DNA of 64,000 nt from a virus. The stretch lies in the IMG/VR virus record IMGVR_UViG_3300022555_000009; one strand, given 5' to 3'. The position numbers and the translations under genes are program-made. Under the pieces are notes generated by a model that saw only the letters and a list, made by a program, of their open reading frames with translations, ran no database searches and was not told the DNA's origin. The stretch's first letter is position 1, and each line of letters opens with the position of its first letter. Shown piece by piece: positions 17,270 through 26,944 of this stretch.

Positions 17270-18072
17270 TGGGAGCTTCCTACAGCTACAGTAAGATAGG
17301 AACTTTTGAGTCTTGCCCTCTTGCCTATGATCTGCAGTACGTCAGAAAAATTAAGTTGCTAAAAGACTTCGACTACGACGTCATTAAGGGAATAATCTTT
17401 CATCATTACGCAGAAGTATACAAGGGAAATTCTAGGGAGGCAGCAGATAAAGCTTTCCATGAACCAGAAGAAGTAAAGCCAGAGTTTCTTCAAATGATAA
17501 CTCCAGTACAGCACAAGGCTATACAAGAAGCATTCGCCTCTTTTAATCACTTTTATGATACCTTCTTAAAGTCCCGAGAAAACTTTACCATGAAGGAATT
17601 TAGAATTTCTAGTAAGACTCCAAAAGGTCATACCTTCACGGGCTTCTTAGACCTAGTGGTCTTGCAGCCTAAGGAATACTGGATTATAGATTATAAGACT
17701 CCGAAGGGGTCAAAAGCTTCCTTTTATTCAGGCCAGCTGTACACGTATATCCATTACATTATGGAGAAGTATAAGATACCAGTAGAAGAAGTGCGAGCTG
17801 GAGTATTCTTTCCTTTCGCTACGGATGTCAAAAGTGATGATGATAGATTTAAAGAAATAAAAGTCACAGGCAAAAAGATAGAGGAGCAGATAACCAAATT
17901 AGACGACACCATTGCTTTATTGGAGTCGCCCGATAGATCCAAGGAAGCTAATATGCAATGGCTTTGTAACTACTGCCAGTATAAAGGTGTCCAAGAATTG
18001 TGTCCTCTATCAGTAATCGCAGGCGCCAGGCCTGTGAAGCACTATGACGAAATTACAAAAACTCTAACCTGA
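17269..18072 (+). CDS. PD-(D/E)xK nuclease, Cas4/RecB-like with Fe-S type Cys
   Basis: SYSKI..F..CP, G..FH, GFLD..IIDYKT, QL..Y, CNYC..C. Confidence 0.85.
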   Translation: MGASYSYSKIGTFESCPLAYDLQYVRKIKLLKDFDYDVIKGIIFHHYAEVYKGNSREAADKAFHEPEEVKPEFLQMITPVQHKAIQEAFASFNHFYDTFLKSRENFTMKEFRISSKTPKGHTFTGFLDLVVLQPKEYWIIDYKTPKGSKASFYSGQLYTYIHYIMEKYKIPVEEVRAGVFFPFATDVKSDDDRFKEIKVTGKKIEEQITKLDDTIALLESPDRSKEANMQWLCNYCQYKGVQELCPLSVIAGARPVKHYDEITKTLT

Positions 18073-18100
18073 TTTGTACTGTCGCACTGGCTAAGTCAGG

Positions 18101-18131
18101 AAGGTCCCTAGCAATACTAGGGACCTTTTTT
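18101..18131. terminator. Terminator between convergent genes
   Basis: aaggtcccta-gcaatac-tagggacctttttt. Confidence 0.75.
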
Positions 18132-21100
18132 ATGCTGGTGCTCCTTCCGAAAGAACAAATCCTATTTTAGATATAAAGGCCTGAGCGCTATCTTTCAATT
18201 GTTTGGGAGTCAAAATAATATTATTGTCATCCCACACCTGAGTTAAACATCGAGGTTCCGTCGCTAATTTCATCCTAGCCAAGTACACTGCCCCGGCTAC
18301 AGCGTCTGAGACGTCCTTCGCATTTATACCTAAAAGTGAGGTGTCCCAGTTTGTATCTGCGCCATTGGGATTAATAGTATCTCCTGGAGTATGATCTACT
18401 TTTAAAGTCCTTGTTTCCTTTCGCTGGACAATACGTAAGCTACGTAAATTATTCTTAAAGAAAATATTACGCCCTATTTTTAAATTACCTTGTTCGATTA
18501 ATTGAGTCAAGAACAAGTAAGGATCCATAGTCTTATCTACTGACAACTGTTCCATCTCTACACCATAACGCTCCAGGAACTGAATATTAGCCTCTGACTG
18601 AAAACTATCAAAGGAACCAAATTCTATTGGCATATTGCCTTCAGATATAAAATCAGTTATGCATTCCTTAATGGAGTCCAGATTAATTCGGCCACCAAAA
18701 GGATGGATAGGTATAACAGCATCAATAACATATACGAGATCAGTTAATAAATCAAAAGCTTTTCCAGTAACTGCAGAGTCATATTTCTTTTCGACATGAC
18801 AAAAAGCTATGGCTGCCATGTCTCCCGATATAGCTTGGTCAACATGAAATACTCTGGGAATTGTAGGCTTATAGTAGAAGTAATATCTATCACCAGATTT
18901 AATGAAGAAGGTATTTTTGACCTGATTCCATATCAATTTCTGCGGTGCCATTTTAGCATCGGATTTGATACAGGTATAGAGAGATTTTAATTGGTCAAAG
19001 AAACAATTCTCTATCTTATCCACTTGATAGAATAATTTATCTATGGAGCCTTGAGGAATACCTGCAGTGTTCTTTAAAGCCTCGACTATATTATCCTTAA
19101 ACAACTGCTCAATCTCTCTGGGCACCATTATAATGTCAGAAGGGTCGTATCCTTCTGTTGAATATAGTATCTCTGGCGGCTTACCATTACTACCCTTAAA
19201 TACAGGGAACTTGTCATCTAAGTTTTTAAAGTCCTCAGGGGCCCATTCCCATCTAGACCCCTTCACTACGTAATTGGTTTTATCTTTGCTCGCTTCAAAC
19301 ATGCAATACTTATCAATAGGAGACTCGAGATCGTTAGGAGAGGAGTCCAAGATAGACCGGCCCCAGAATTTACCGAGAGGCGTCTTATCCATACGAGAAC
19401 CAATACGTTCTTTTAATGACGTATAGAATTTCATTATGTATTCGTCACTGTTGGATGTAACAATAAAGTCATTAGCTAAAAATAGATGATCTTCATCCTC
19501 TATAGTGATGCATTGAGTTTCTTCCGACTCAATCTCTTTAATAGAGGAAAGTCTTAAGATCTGGCGATGACTCCGCTGCTTGCCTCTCCAGTACTCATCT
19601 ATCCTTTTTTGTTTTCTACTCATCTTGAATAGAGGGATAGAGTTATCTTTAAAATGAATACAAACATGGTAGCCGTCGAAAAATATCTGCTCTCTTTTCT
19701 TTTGCATACTTAAAGTTGCAAAAGCCCCCAAACTTCTAGCTAAATATACCACGTCTTCGGCCAAGGTTTTTGATACTGAGGAGAATACACCGCCTCCCTT
19801 GTTGACAGATCCATCGGTATCCATTAAGCCCTGCAATAATTCTATTCGATTAAGAATGGAATCATATAGATATTCTTTGGGGATAAATTTATCATTGCTT
19901 CTCTTGTCGACCAGCCCTAATTTAATTATTTCTTCAGCATACAAATTTTTAATCTTAGTATTTTTTTCTTTTTTAATTATTCTAATATATCTACTAGGAT
20001 ATCCGCTGAAAGACCAGGTATAGTCTTTATTCAGGTCTTTTGATACATTTAAAATACTCTCTTCCCTATCACCGTCAGAGCCCACGGACAAGATAAAAGT
20101 ATTGTGTCTAAAACTCCCGTCTCCTAAGGCAAACCCCATAATATATGGGGCTATGAAGTGACTTTTTTCGTTAAAGGGGGCGGGCTTAGACAGAGGAATA
20201 CCCCACATATTTTTTAGGTTTGTAGATCCTTCAAATATTTCTTGAGTTGTTTTTTTATACCAGTATCTATCTTTTTTTATTATCCACTCGTGTTCTGGAT
20301 TTGCTTTTATTTCTCTTCCATCTGAAAATACTAGTTTAAAGACTCTCGTTTTTCCCTGGGGGATTACTCGGGAAACTTTTGAGACAGTACCCTTATGGGT
20401 AAGAACACTGTCTCCTACTTGTATATCTCTCATCAATGTAAATCCAGACGGAGTGATTACTTCACTATCCATTGATAGTGCTTTGCCTGCCTCCCTGAAG
20501 AAGGCTAACTCCGTCATTGTTCCTGCGACAACCGTCAATCCTAAGAGATTATGTACGGATGATATGAGTTTAATATTTGTATTGTTGCTAAATTGTATAG
20601 CTGAAGTACCATTAGGAGAAGCTGTTGTCCAATAGATTCTATCGATAGAAGTTTTTCGCTGATAATCCTTTTCCATCTTAATCATGTCTTCTTTTGTTCT
20701 TACTTTTTCGAAGAAATCAGATACTTCTAGAAGACTTGTAAATGGCTCCAAGAGTACTTCTGAGGCCTTCTTCAGGGAGTAAGACGCTAAGACTATAGCT
20801 AGCTGAGCAGAGGGTGCCTGAGCGAATGTCCTCTTAGCGTCTCTCATCATAGAAAGATGTGTTATGATGTATAAGTTTATAAGAACGGCGAGGGTAGAGT
20901 TATGTGTTACGGTATAATCGTCGACAAGAAATAGTTTTTCGTCTCCGCTTACCTCTATGCACAGACCCTCATCGTTAGGAGTTCGCTCAATCTTTTTTAG
21001 ATAAAGATACATAGGCTTTCTTTTAATTCGGCTTCTATTGAAGTGATTGTCGATCAGTATTTGCTTTCTAAGAAGTGAGAAGATAGGAAAACTATTAGTT

Positions 21101-22371
21101 GGAAAAGTAATAAAAATTACATACCCCTCTTTTCCATTTTCACAGTGGGGCCGCTTTCTGCTGTCTACATGATATGAAGATTTGCCTCCGAGGCCTCGAA
21201 CCAAAGTAAGCATATTATCTCTTAAAAAGGGACTGGTAGTATAATAAGAGGCGAGTCCTGATCTCTTCGACACAGTTCCATCTGTGTCCATCAGACCTTG
21301 TAATAGTGCTATTCTATTGGCTAGGCTATCATACAAGTATTCTTCGGGAATAAACTTAGTATGACTTCGAGTACGCCTCAAATCCAATCTCTCTAGTTCT
21401 ACTTTATAAAGATTCAGAGTAGATTTTTCCTGAACCAAAGTTGTTATATAATTACAAGACGCATTAGGTCGCGTGTGAGTAAAAACTCCCTCAGGCACTT
21501 CAGATTTGATTCTAGAATGGATTTCCAGGTCATCCCCACAAAGAAATAGCGTGTTACCAAAATGACCGCCACCGAGGAGTGCTCCTAGGGTGTAAGAAGG
21601 TATGACGTGAATCCGCTGCTTATGTTCTACAGGATTCGTGAGAGGAATAAACCACCGTGCCTTGGGATTTTTTTCAATATCTTTTAGGATTTCACGAGAT
21701 GATATTATTTTCCAACAAGGTTCCGGATACGCTGTTTTTATATATTTTTTTTGAGATGAGTCCCATCTCTTTGTATTATATGATTTTGCGGCTTTCCAAT
21801 AGTGATCCAGTCCCGATGAGACCGATCGCCCATCTGCAAACTGCATATCGCAGAACTCATCATTAGACCAAGTCGCCCTGTTTATAACTCGGGCGATGTC
21901 GCCAGCAGGGGTACAAACTTCATCTCCCACACGTATATCATCTGCGATCTTATAGCCCTCAGGAGTACAAATCTTTGTCTTATAACGATTTATTTCTTTC
22001 CCCCAACCGATGTGAGGATACAAGACAGCATTTCTATATGAAGATTTAGGGTCCAAGAATTCTTGGAAGCATCTACTGATCTTAGGTTGTACCATAGGAG
22101 CCATTCTACCGATATACTTATCGGTAAGAAATTCCTCTGGCGCTGGTGGCCTATCTCTATAATTGATTCTCCAACTATTAGACATCAGGTATAACTTTTG
22201 CTGATTTGATAATTTGGGGTTATTTAGTATAAAATCTAAAGCTAATCCTATTTTCCTAAGATCCACGTTTTCAAATACTTGGTATTTATCAAGTAAACTA
22301 GTATCTCCAGATATAACATCTATTAAAACAGGAATGAGTTCTTTTTTATTGGTAATACGAGAAGCTTCCAT
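18130..22371 (-). CDS. terL: Terminase large subunit with two inteins (about 703 aa mature)
   Basis: Walker A GWGK|S, LDSSP coupling motif, RNase H-like FHVDQA..D, FDSFQS and KDVSDA nuclease motifs. Confidence 0.85.
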   Translation of the reverse strand: MEASRITNKKELIPVLIDVISGDTSLLDKYQVFENVDLRKIGLALDFILNNPKLSNQQKLYLMSNSWRINYRDRPPAPEEFLTDKYIGRMAPMVQPKISRCFQEFLDPKSSYRNAVLYPHIGWGKEINRYKTKICTPEGYKIADDIRVGDEVCTPAGDIARVINRATWSNDEFCDMQFADGRSVSSGLDHYWKAAKSYNTKRWDSSQKKYIKTAYPEPCWKIISSREILKDIEKNPKARWFIPLTNPVEHKQRIHVIPSYTLGALLGGGHFGNTLFLCGDDLEIHSRIKSEVPEGVFTHTRPNASCNYITTLVQEKSTLNLYKVELERLDLRRTRSHTKFIPEEYLYDSLANRIALLQGLMDTDGTVSKRSGLASYYTTSPFLRDNMLTLVRGLGGKSSYHVDSRKRPHCENGKEGYVIFITFPTNSFPIFSLLRKQILIDNHFNRSRIKRKPMYLYLKKIERTPNDEGLCIEVSGDEKLFLVDDYTVTHNSTLAVLINLYIITHLSMMRDAKRTFAQAPSAQLAIVLASYSLKKASEVLLEPFTSLLEVSDFFEKVRTKEDMIKMEKDYQRKTSIDRIYWTTASPNGTSAIQFSNNTNIKLISSVHNLLGLTVVAGTMTELAFFREAGKALSMDSEVITPSGFTLMRDIQVGDSVLTHKGTVSKVSRVIPQGKTRVFKLVFSDGREIKANPEHEWIIKKDRYWYKKTTQEIFEGSTNLKNMWGIPLSKPAPFNEKSHFIAPYIMGFALGDGSFRHNTFILSVGSDGDREESILNVSKDLNKDYTWSFSGYPSRYIRIIKKEKNTKIKNLYAEEIIKLGLVDKRSNDKFIPKEYLYDSILNRIELLQGLMDTDGSVNKGGGVFSSVSKTLAEDVVYLARSLGAFATLSMQKKREQIFFDGYHVCIHFKDNSIPLFKMSRKQKRIDEYWRGKQRSHRQILRLSSIKEIESEETQCITIEDEDHLFLANDFIVTSNSDEYIMKFYTSLKERIGSRMDKTPLGKFWGRSILDSSPNDLESPIDKYCMFEASKDKTNYVVKGSRWEWAPEDFKNLDDKFPVFKGSNGKPPEILYSTEGYDPSDIIMVPREIEQLFKDNIVEALKNTAGIPQGSIDKLFYQVDKIENCFFDQLKSLYTCIKSDAKMAPQKLIWNQVKNTFFIKSGDRYYFYYKPTIPRVFHVDQAISGDMAAIAFCHVEKKYDSAVTGKAFDLLTDLVYVIDAVIPIHPFGGRINLDSIKECITDFISEGNMPIEFGSFDSFQSEANIQFLERYGVEMEQLSVDKTMDPYLFLTQLIEQGNLKIGRNIFFKNNLRSLRIVQRKETRTLKVDHTPGDTINPNGADTNWDTSLLGINAKDVSDAVAGAVYLARMKLATEPRCLTQVWDDNNIILTPKQLKDSAQAFISKIGFVLSEGAPA
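19450..20481 (-). mobile_element. Intein 2 in TerL (class 3 type, 344 aa, LAGLIDADG domain)
   Basis: Starts ALSMDSEVITPSG; EHEW, TQCITI, VTSN|S; MGFALGDG and LQGLMDTDG. Confidence 0.85.
20899..21996 (-). mobile_element. Intein 1 in TerL Walker A (class 3 type, 366 aa, LAGLIDADG domain)
   Basis: Starts EINRYKTKICTPEG; DHYW (block B), GLCIEV (F), VTHN|S (G); LQGLMDTDG. Confidence 0.85.
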
Positions 22372-22381
22372 TTAATGTCCC

Positions 22382-22399
22382 ACTAATTATATAGTTAGT
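22382..22399. promoter_or_regulatory. Opposed pair of putative late promoters (ACTAATTA forward, ACTAACTA reverse)
   Basis: Lies between terL and the scaffold-like gene; motif recurs about 20 times before late genes. Confidence 0.65.
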
Positions 22400-22527
22400 G
22401 ATTCTTTTATTCCGCCTCATATAGGCACATCTAAATCTCAAATTATCTATATATGACTTGAGAAGAGCAATGTCTTTTATTTAAGAATTGCGAGAAGCAT
22501 AACAAACAATCTAAATGGAGGATTGCA

Positions 22528-24093
22528 ATGTCAGGTTATAGAACTTTTAAGCGGAAGCTTGAGTGGTGGAGAGAGGCGGGCGAGAGGCCGGCCGATACAA
22601 GAATTACAGAAGGAACTAATACGGATAGTCATCCCTTGAGTGTTAATGAAACTTATAGTGGTGTGGCTACGAAACCTGGTTGGGACGGAGTAGGCGGTGC
22701 CAAGCTCAAGTATGCAAGTGGCAAGGGCGCTGTCAGAGGGTCCGGCCAGCCTAGTTTCGGCAAGGATGGATACAACGCTTCTAAGGGTGTGGATATGAAA
22801 GACAACACCAAGAAGAAAGTTTCCTTGAAGAAGAAAGTAATCAAAGAAATGTTCGGAGATGAGGAACCAGAAGAGGACGAGTTTGAGCCTGCTGGTGGTG
22901 AATTTGAAGATCCCGATATGGGTGGAGATATGGAAGGGATGGAAGGGATGGAAGGCGGCGATGAGCTTCCTCCTGATCTAGAGAATCCCGATGAGCTCGA
23001 GGGCGGCATGGGCGACGAAGTTAATCCAGAAGATATCGTTATTACTATTAACGGCGTGGATTACGGAGTTACTCCTCTTCCTGGAGCTGGTGCAGAAGGC
23101 ATCGGCGGAGAGGGAGAATTCGAGGACGGGGGCGAGATGCCTGGCGAGGATATGGGTATGGGCGATGAAGACGACATGCCTGGCGAAGGCGAGGAAATGG
23201 AGTCTCCTGAGGAAGAAGAAGAGGAGCATCAGTTCGAGTCTCGCAAGAAAGTACAGAAGAGAGTTAAGGAAGCTAACAAGGTTGCTGAACTTCCCGACGG
23301 CGCACTATCAGGCACTGGTGACGGCCAGGTTCCCGAAGTTGCGGTTATGGGTAACCAGGCCTCAATGACTAAAGAATCAAGGAAGATTCTCATAAAGAGG
23401 AAGCTTGAGACTATTAGGAGAAAGAAAGTCCTAGAGAAGATCGCTCGGGCTAAGGAAGAGCGAGATACTCTGGGCGGCAAGAGAATCATGATATCTACAG
23501 AAGATGATACTCTTGAGAATGATACGGGTAAGCATGGCGATTGGGGCCAGGCGCCAAGAACACAAGGCGCGGCTTCCAAGAGGTCTGCTGTAAAGTTCTC
23601 TAAGTCCTCAGGTCAGCAAGAGCCCGGTGGAAATGGTGTTGGTCAGAAGGCCTCCGAGTCCACGAAGAAGCAGACTGCTGAGCAGAAGGAATTCAATGAG
23701 GCCCTTGCTAAGATTCGAGCTCGCAAGGCTCTGAAGGAGAAGGATCTAGATAACCTGGAGCTGAGGGATGGCAACGGCACCGGAACTGTTAATAATAAAC
23801 TTCTTCACCAGTTAGGCGATCTTCCTTTCGACGTGGGAGCAGATCAGGGAACAGTAACAACACCTAAGAGTGCTTCCGGTGGAAATTATGCTGACTCTGA
23901 TACAACTGTGAGGCACATGGTTACCGAGGCTAACTTCGATATGCGCGTAGATCCCAGCGTTGCTAGGAGAATCGAGAATATTCGAATTCGTCGAGAGCAG
24001 AGAGTCACGGAATCCAAAGCTGCCCCTAAGGCTGAGGAGACTTTGAACTTCAAGAAGCTTTTAGAGAACGGTTATAGCGGCTCAAAGAGATAA
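22528..24093 (+). CDS. Prohead core/scaffold-like or inner head protein
   Basis: Disordered acidic and basic blocks with repeated hydrophobic-X-E sites (ITE, VNE, IKE, VKE, VTE); late motif upstream; terminator downstream. Confidence 0.55.
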   Translation: MSGYRTFKRKLEWWREAGERPADTRITEGTNTDSHPLSVNETYSGVATKPGWDGVGGAKLKYASGKGAVRGSGQPSFGKDGYNASKGVDMKDNTKKKVSLKKKVIKEMFGDEEPEEDEFEPAGGEFEDPDMGGDMEGMEGMEGGDELPPDLENPDELEGGMGDEVNPEDIVITINGVDYGVTPLPGAGAEGIGGEGEFEDGGEMPGEDMGMGDEDDMPGEGEEMESPEEEEEEHQFESRKKVQKRVKEANKVAELPDGALSGTGDGQVPEVAVMGNQASMTKESRKILIKRKLETIRRKKVLEKIARAKEERDTLGGKRIMISTEDDTLENDTGKHGDWGQAPRTQGAASKRSAVKFSKSSGQQEPGGNGVGQKASESTKKQTAEQKEFNEALAKIRARKALKEKDLDNLELRDGNGTGTVNNKLLHQLGDLPFDVGADQGTVTTPKSASGGNYADSDTTVRHMVTEANFDMRVDPSVARRIENIRIRREQRVTESKAAPKAEETLNFKKLLENGYSGSKR

Positions 24094-24113
24094 GTCCAAA
24101 TCTCTTTAAATAT

Positions 24114-24140
24114 AAAGTCCTCTCGAAAGAGAGGACTTTT
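24114..24140 (+). terminator. Intrinsic terminator
   Basis: aaagtcctctc-gaaa-gagaggactttt. Confidence 0.8.
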
Positions 24141-24183
24141 CTTTTTATTTGCAATTAAAAGTTGGACTAATCATATATTATAT

Positions 24184-24963
24184 ATGAGAGGTAACATGAC
24201 ACTTATACTGACATCAGATATACACTATGGCCACAGCACTCTCGGCGATAAGTCCTTGTTTAAGGTGATCGATGAAATCAAGACTAAAAGTCCAGATGTT
24301 CTTATTATAGCGGGTGACTTTGGGTCCTCCTCCGAAGCAGAGCGAGCGGACTTTCTCCGAAGAATGAGAGAGGACCATGAGTTCAGTGCTCCTGTAGGTA
24401 TTGTAAATGGGAATCATGATTTTTGGGACTGGGATGGAGTTCGAACTAGCGCTGAAGAAGTATCGGCAATAAATGATTCCTTTTTTCTTCATAGGAATAT
24501 CACTCATCTTCAAGAGAAGGATATGGTTACCGGTAATGTAGTCATTACCGGATTCGACGGTTGGTACTCGAGTGATCCTCCCGTCAACGACCCCAGGTAT
24601 ATTCCAGGCTATTCTCGAGGAGGAAAGGAGTGGCTTAGGACTCGGGCTGAGACGGGCTTTGCTAGATGCCTAGGTACTTGTGCGGCAGCTAAGGCAGGTG
24701 GAAAAACTACTGTCATAGTTACGCACTTTGGATTCTTCGATCACATAAAGGATTGGAAGTCTGGAACTATGAGAAACTGGGGCGCCGAGCCTGACTGGTT
24801 TGGGGGAAATCCCAAGTGGGAAGATTTCCTGGGGGACGTCGATTATGTTCTCTTTGGGCATTCCCACCGAGCTTTCGATGGTCTTTCTAAGAATGGTCAC
24901 ACACGGTTGATCAATTGTGGTAGCGATTATAATAATCCCAAGTACGTAGAGATTAAGATGTGA
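24184..24963 (+). CDS. Calcineurin-like metallophosphoesterase
   Basis: SDIH, AGD, GNHD, VTH, FGHSH. Confidence 0.9.
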   Translation: MRGNMTLILTSDIHYGHSTLGDKSLFKVIDEIKTKSPDVLIIAGDFGSSSEAERADFLRRMREDHEFSAPVGIVNGNHDFWDWDGVRTSAEEVSAINDSFFLHRNITHLQEKDMVTGNVVITGFDGWYSSDPPVNDPRYIPGYSRGGKEWLRTRAETGFARCLGTCAAAKAGGKTTVIVTHFGFFDHIKDWKSGTMRNWGAEPDWFGGNPKWEDFLGDVDYVLFGHSHRAFDGLSKNGHTRLINCGSDYNNPKYVEIKM

Positions 24964-24974
24964 AGGAAAATTAG

Positions 24975-25175
24975 ATGACAGACAAAGAGTATGCTGAGGA
25001 AGCAAAGAACATAGAAGTTCATATCGATATGATGGTCGATGATACTATGAGGGCAGCTGCTTTTTGTTCTGTTGAGCATGATCTGCACTTCCAGGTATTC
25101 CGGCTTATTCAAGGTTACCGTGAGGCTCTTGAAGAGCTTGCTGAGTTGAAAAAGACCGTAAAAGATACGGTATAG
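24975..25175 (+). CDS. Hypothetical protein
   Basis: AAGGA RBS; ends in TAG. Confidence 0.6.
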   Translation: MTDKEYAEEAKNIEVHIDMMVDDTMRAAAFCSVEHDLHFQVFRLIQGYREALEELAELKKTVKDTV

Positions 25176-25232
25176 AATTTCATATATACGGAAGAAAAAG
25201 AACAAAATAATTCCAAAAAATTCGACTTTTAG

Positions 25233-25269
25233 TTGCCACCGAAGGACTTCGTAAACTTATATTATATAT
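25233..25269 (+). promoter_or_regulatory. Putative early promoter
   Basis: TTGCCA-N19-TATATTATATA. Confidence 0.7.
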
Positions 25270-25285
25270 GTAAGGGGGTCAGGAA

Positions 25286-25441
25286 ATGAAAGAGTTCACG
25301 ATTCAGTCCTTGACTGGTTGTACGCGCGGCATGGTTCAGAAAGTGTACGGCAACCGCGATTGGGTTCCTGGGCAGGAAGTCAAGCTCAACGCACTTCCGA
25401 CCGCCATTCTTTACAAAGTCATCAAGGTGGCCCAAGCATGA
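25286..25441 (+). CDS. Small early protein (51 aa), not in the track
   Basis: MKEFTIQSLTG..., directly after the promoter and RBS. Confidence 0.6.
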   Translation: MKEFTIQSLTGCTRGMVQKVYGNRDWVPGQEVKLNALPTAILYKVIKVAQA

Positions 25442-25560
25442 AACTTTACTCAATCCGGTTCGTAAAGCCCTATAAGTGGAGCATCTGGTATGAGGGATGA
25501 CTCTTGTAAAAAGGAGTTCTTCTCCATCGATCTCACTTCCATCCATAACGAGGAGCCACT

Positions 25561-25833
25561 ATGAACTCACGCAAAGGCGACTGCCCTGAGACCGACGAAG
25601 AGCTGTACCGCACTCTCGACAAAAGGAATAAGAAGCCTATGAAAATCAAGCCGTCGAAAATGTCTTTGGAAGAGTTTCTCGGGACTCTTGTTCTCGAGCG
25701 CGCCAAGTACAACGAGGACTTTAAACTCTCGGAGGTCGGATTCTGGATTGACCAGTATGAACTCTACCAGAGGGGTTTCAGGGACGGGGACATGCACGAC
25801 AGCACCCTCGTCATTCTTTCGAGAATGGAGTAA
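25561..25833 (+). CDS. Hypothetical protein
   Basis: GAGGAG RBS. Confidence 0.6.
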   Translation: MNSRKGDCPETDEELYRTLDKRNKKPMKIKPSKMSLEEFLGTLVLERAKYNEDFKLSEVGFWIDQYELYQRGFRDGDMHDSTLVILSRME

Positions 25834-25836
25834 ATT

Positions 25837-26046
25837 ATGAACGTGGCCATCACCATAAAAATCCCGTCTGAGGATGTTGCGGAGATACTGCGGACTTACT
25901 TTGCTGGCCAGTACCCAGGGTTGCGGCCGCTCGGAGCTGCGAGGATTGATATCGAGATGGTAACAGCGGACCGCCCAGGGGAGGTCGACAAGGCTATCTT
26001 CAAGGGAATCTCCATTGATTTCACGAAGAATCTTCCCGAAAGGTGA
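25837..26046 (+). CDS. Hypothetical protein
   Basis: GGAG RBS. Confidence 0.6.
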   Translation: MNVAITIKIPSEDVAEILRTYFAGQYPGLRPLGAARIDIEMVTADRPGEVDKAIFKGISIDFTKNLPER

Positions 26047-26048
26047 TC

Positions 26049-26331
26049 ATGAAAACATGGCTTCACTGTTGGTCAGCCAGCCACAATCGCGATAGGCAGC
26101 GACTCTTACCCTGCAGTCGTTGTAAGGGTTACACCTAAGACAGTCATAGTCCAGCATGTCAAGACCGGACCGAATAAGTGCCAGTGGCCTAATCAGGACT
26201 TCGAGGCCTACCTTGATCAGCCCGATGGATTCGATAAGATATTCTATAAGAACACGCGCGGCGGTTACCAGTCCGGTTGCTACCGACTTTATATTGGTCG
26301 GGCCGTGTTTTATCAGGACCCGGGCTTCTAA
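26049..26331 (+). pseudogene. Conserved small phage gene with a +1 frameshift just after its start
   Basis: ATG AAA (A) CAT GGC TTC...; frame GFTVGQPATIAIGSDSYPAVV...YQDPGF lacks its own start unless one A is removed. Confidence 0.6.
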
Positions 26332-26342
26332 GGAGTGGAGAA

Positions 26343-26690
26343 ATGAGTACACGAGCCGTTATCGTTCTCAGGGACTACTCTCAGCACGAATTGAGGTTCT
26401 ACAAACATGGTGATGGTGGCCCGTCGGATACCCTACCTACTCTCGAGAAATTTCTCGACTGGGTTGAAACCCGACGGATTCGCAGCAATCTCCAGCAGGC
26501 GGCTGGCTGGCTCGTAATCCTTGGTAATACTGAACTCGGTGGATTCAGAGAGCCGAATCCCGACGATAAGTTCATGGGCTGGAAAGCCAGTATTTTCGAA
26601 CCCATGCCCGATTATGACAGCGGCGATGATGCTAGGTTCCAGTACATCATCGACCTCGAAAAAAAGACTATTGAAGTAAAGGGAGAATAA
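26343..26690 (+). CDS. Conserved phage protein (MSTRA..FYKHGDG.P type)
   Basis: Start ATG 26343 with GGAG RBS. Confidence 0.7.
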   Translation: MSTRAVIVLRDYSQHELRFYKHGDGGPSDTLPTLEKFLDWVETRRIRSNLQQAAGWLVILGNTELGGFREPNPDDKFMGWKASIFEPMPDYDSGDDARFQYIIDLEKKTIEVKGE

Positions 26691-26692
26691 AG

Positions 26693-26896
26693 GTGAGTAA
26701 TGAGACGTCGACCTCGAATAATGGTGGTATTGGATTTACCGGGCTTTTGACGATAGTATTTATCGTCCTCAAGCTCTTGGGTAAGATAGACTGGTCCTGG
26801 TTCTGGGTGCTGAGTCCCCTTATTTTTAGCGCAGGTCTTGTAGTCCTGATTCTTATCATCGCTCTTATCATCGCTCTTCTCATCGAGCTTTCCTAA
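26693..26896 (+). CDS. Small phage membrane protein
   Basis: GGIGFTGLLTIVFIVLKL.G.IDWSW.WVLSPL. Confidence 0.75.
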   Translation: MSNETSTSNNGGIGFTGLLTIVFIVLKLLGKIDWSWFWVLSPLIFSAGLVVLILIIALIIALLIELS

Positions 26897-26944
26897 TAAT
26901 AATTCAATAGACGATCTATATTCTTAAGGTACAAGGAGACATAT

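Noticed and set aside
17269-18072. CRISPR-Cas system implied by the Cas4-like nuclease
   Set aside because: No repeat-spacer array or other cas genes; solo Cas4-like nucleases are common in phages.
22653-23579. Several antisense and alternate-frame ORFs within the scaffold-like gene, and similar ones inside other long genes
   Set aside because: By-products of low-complexity or biased codon usage; no RBS or motifs.
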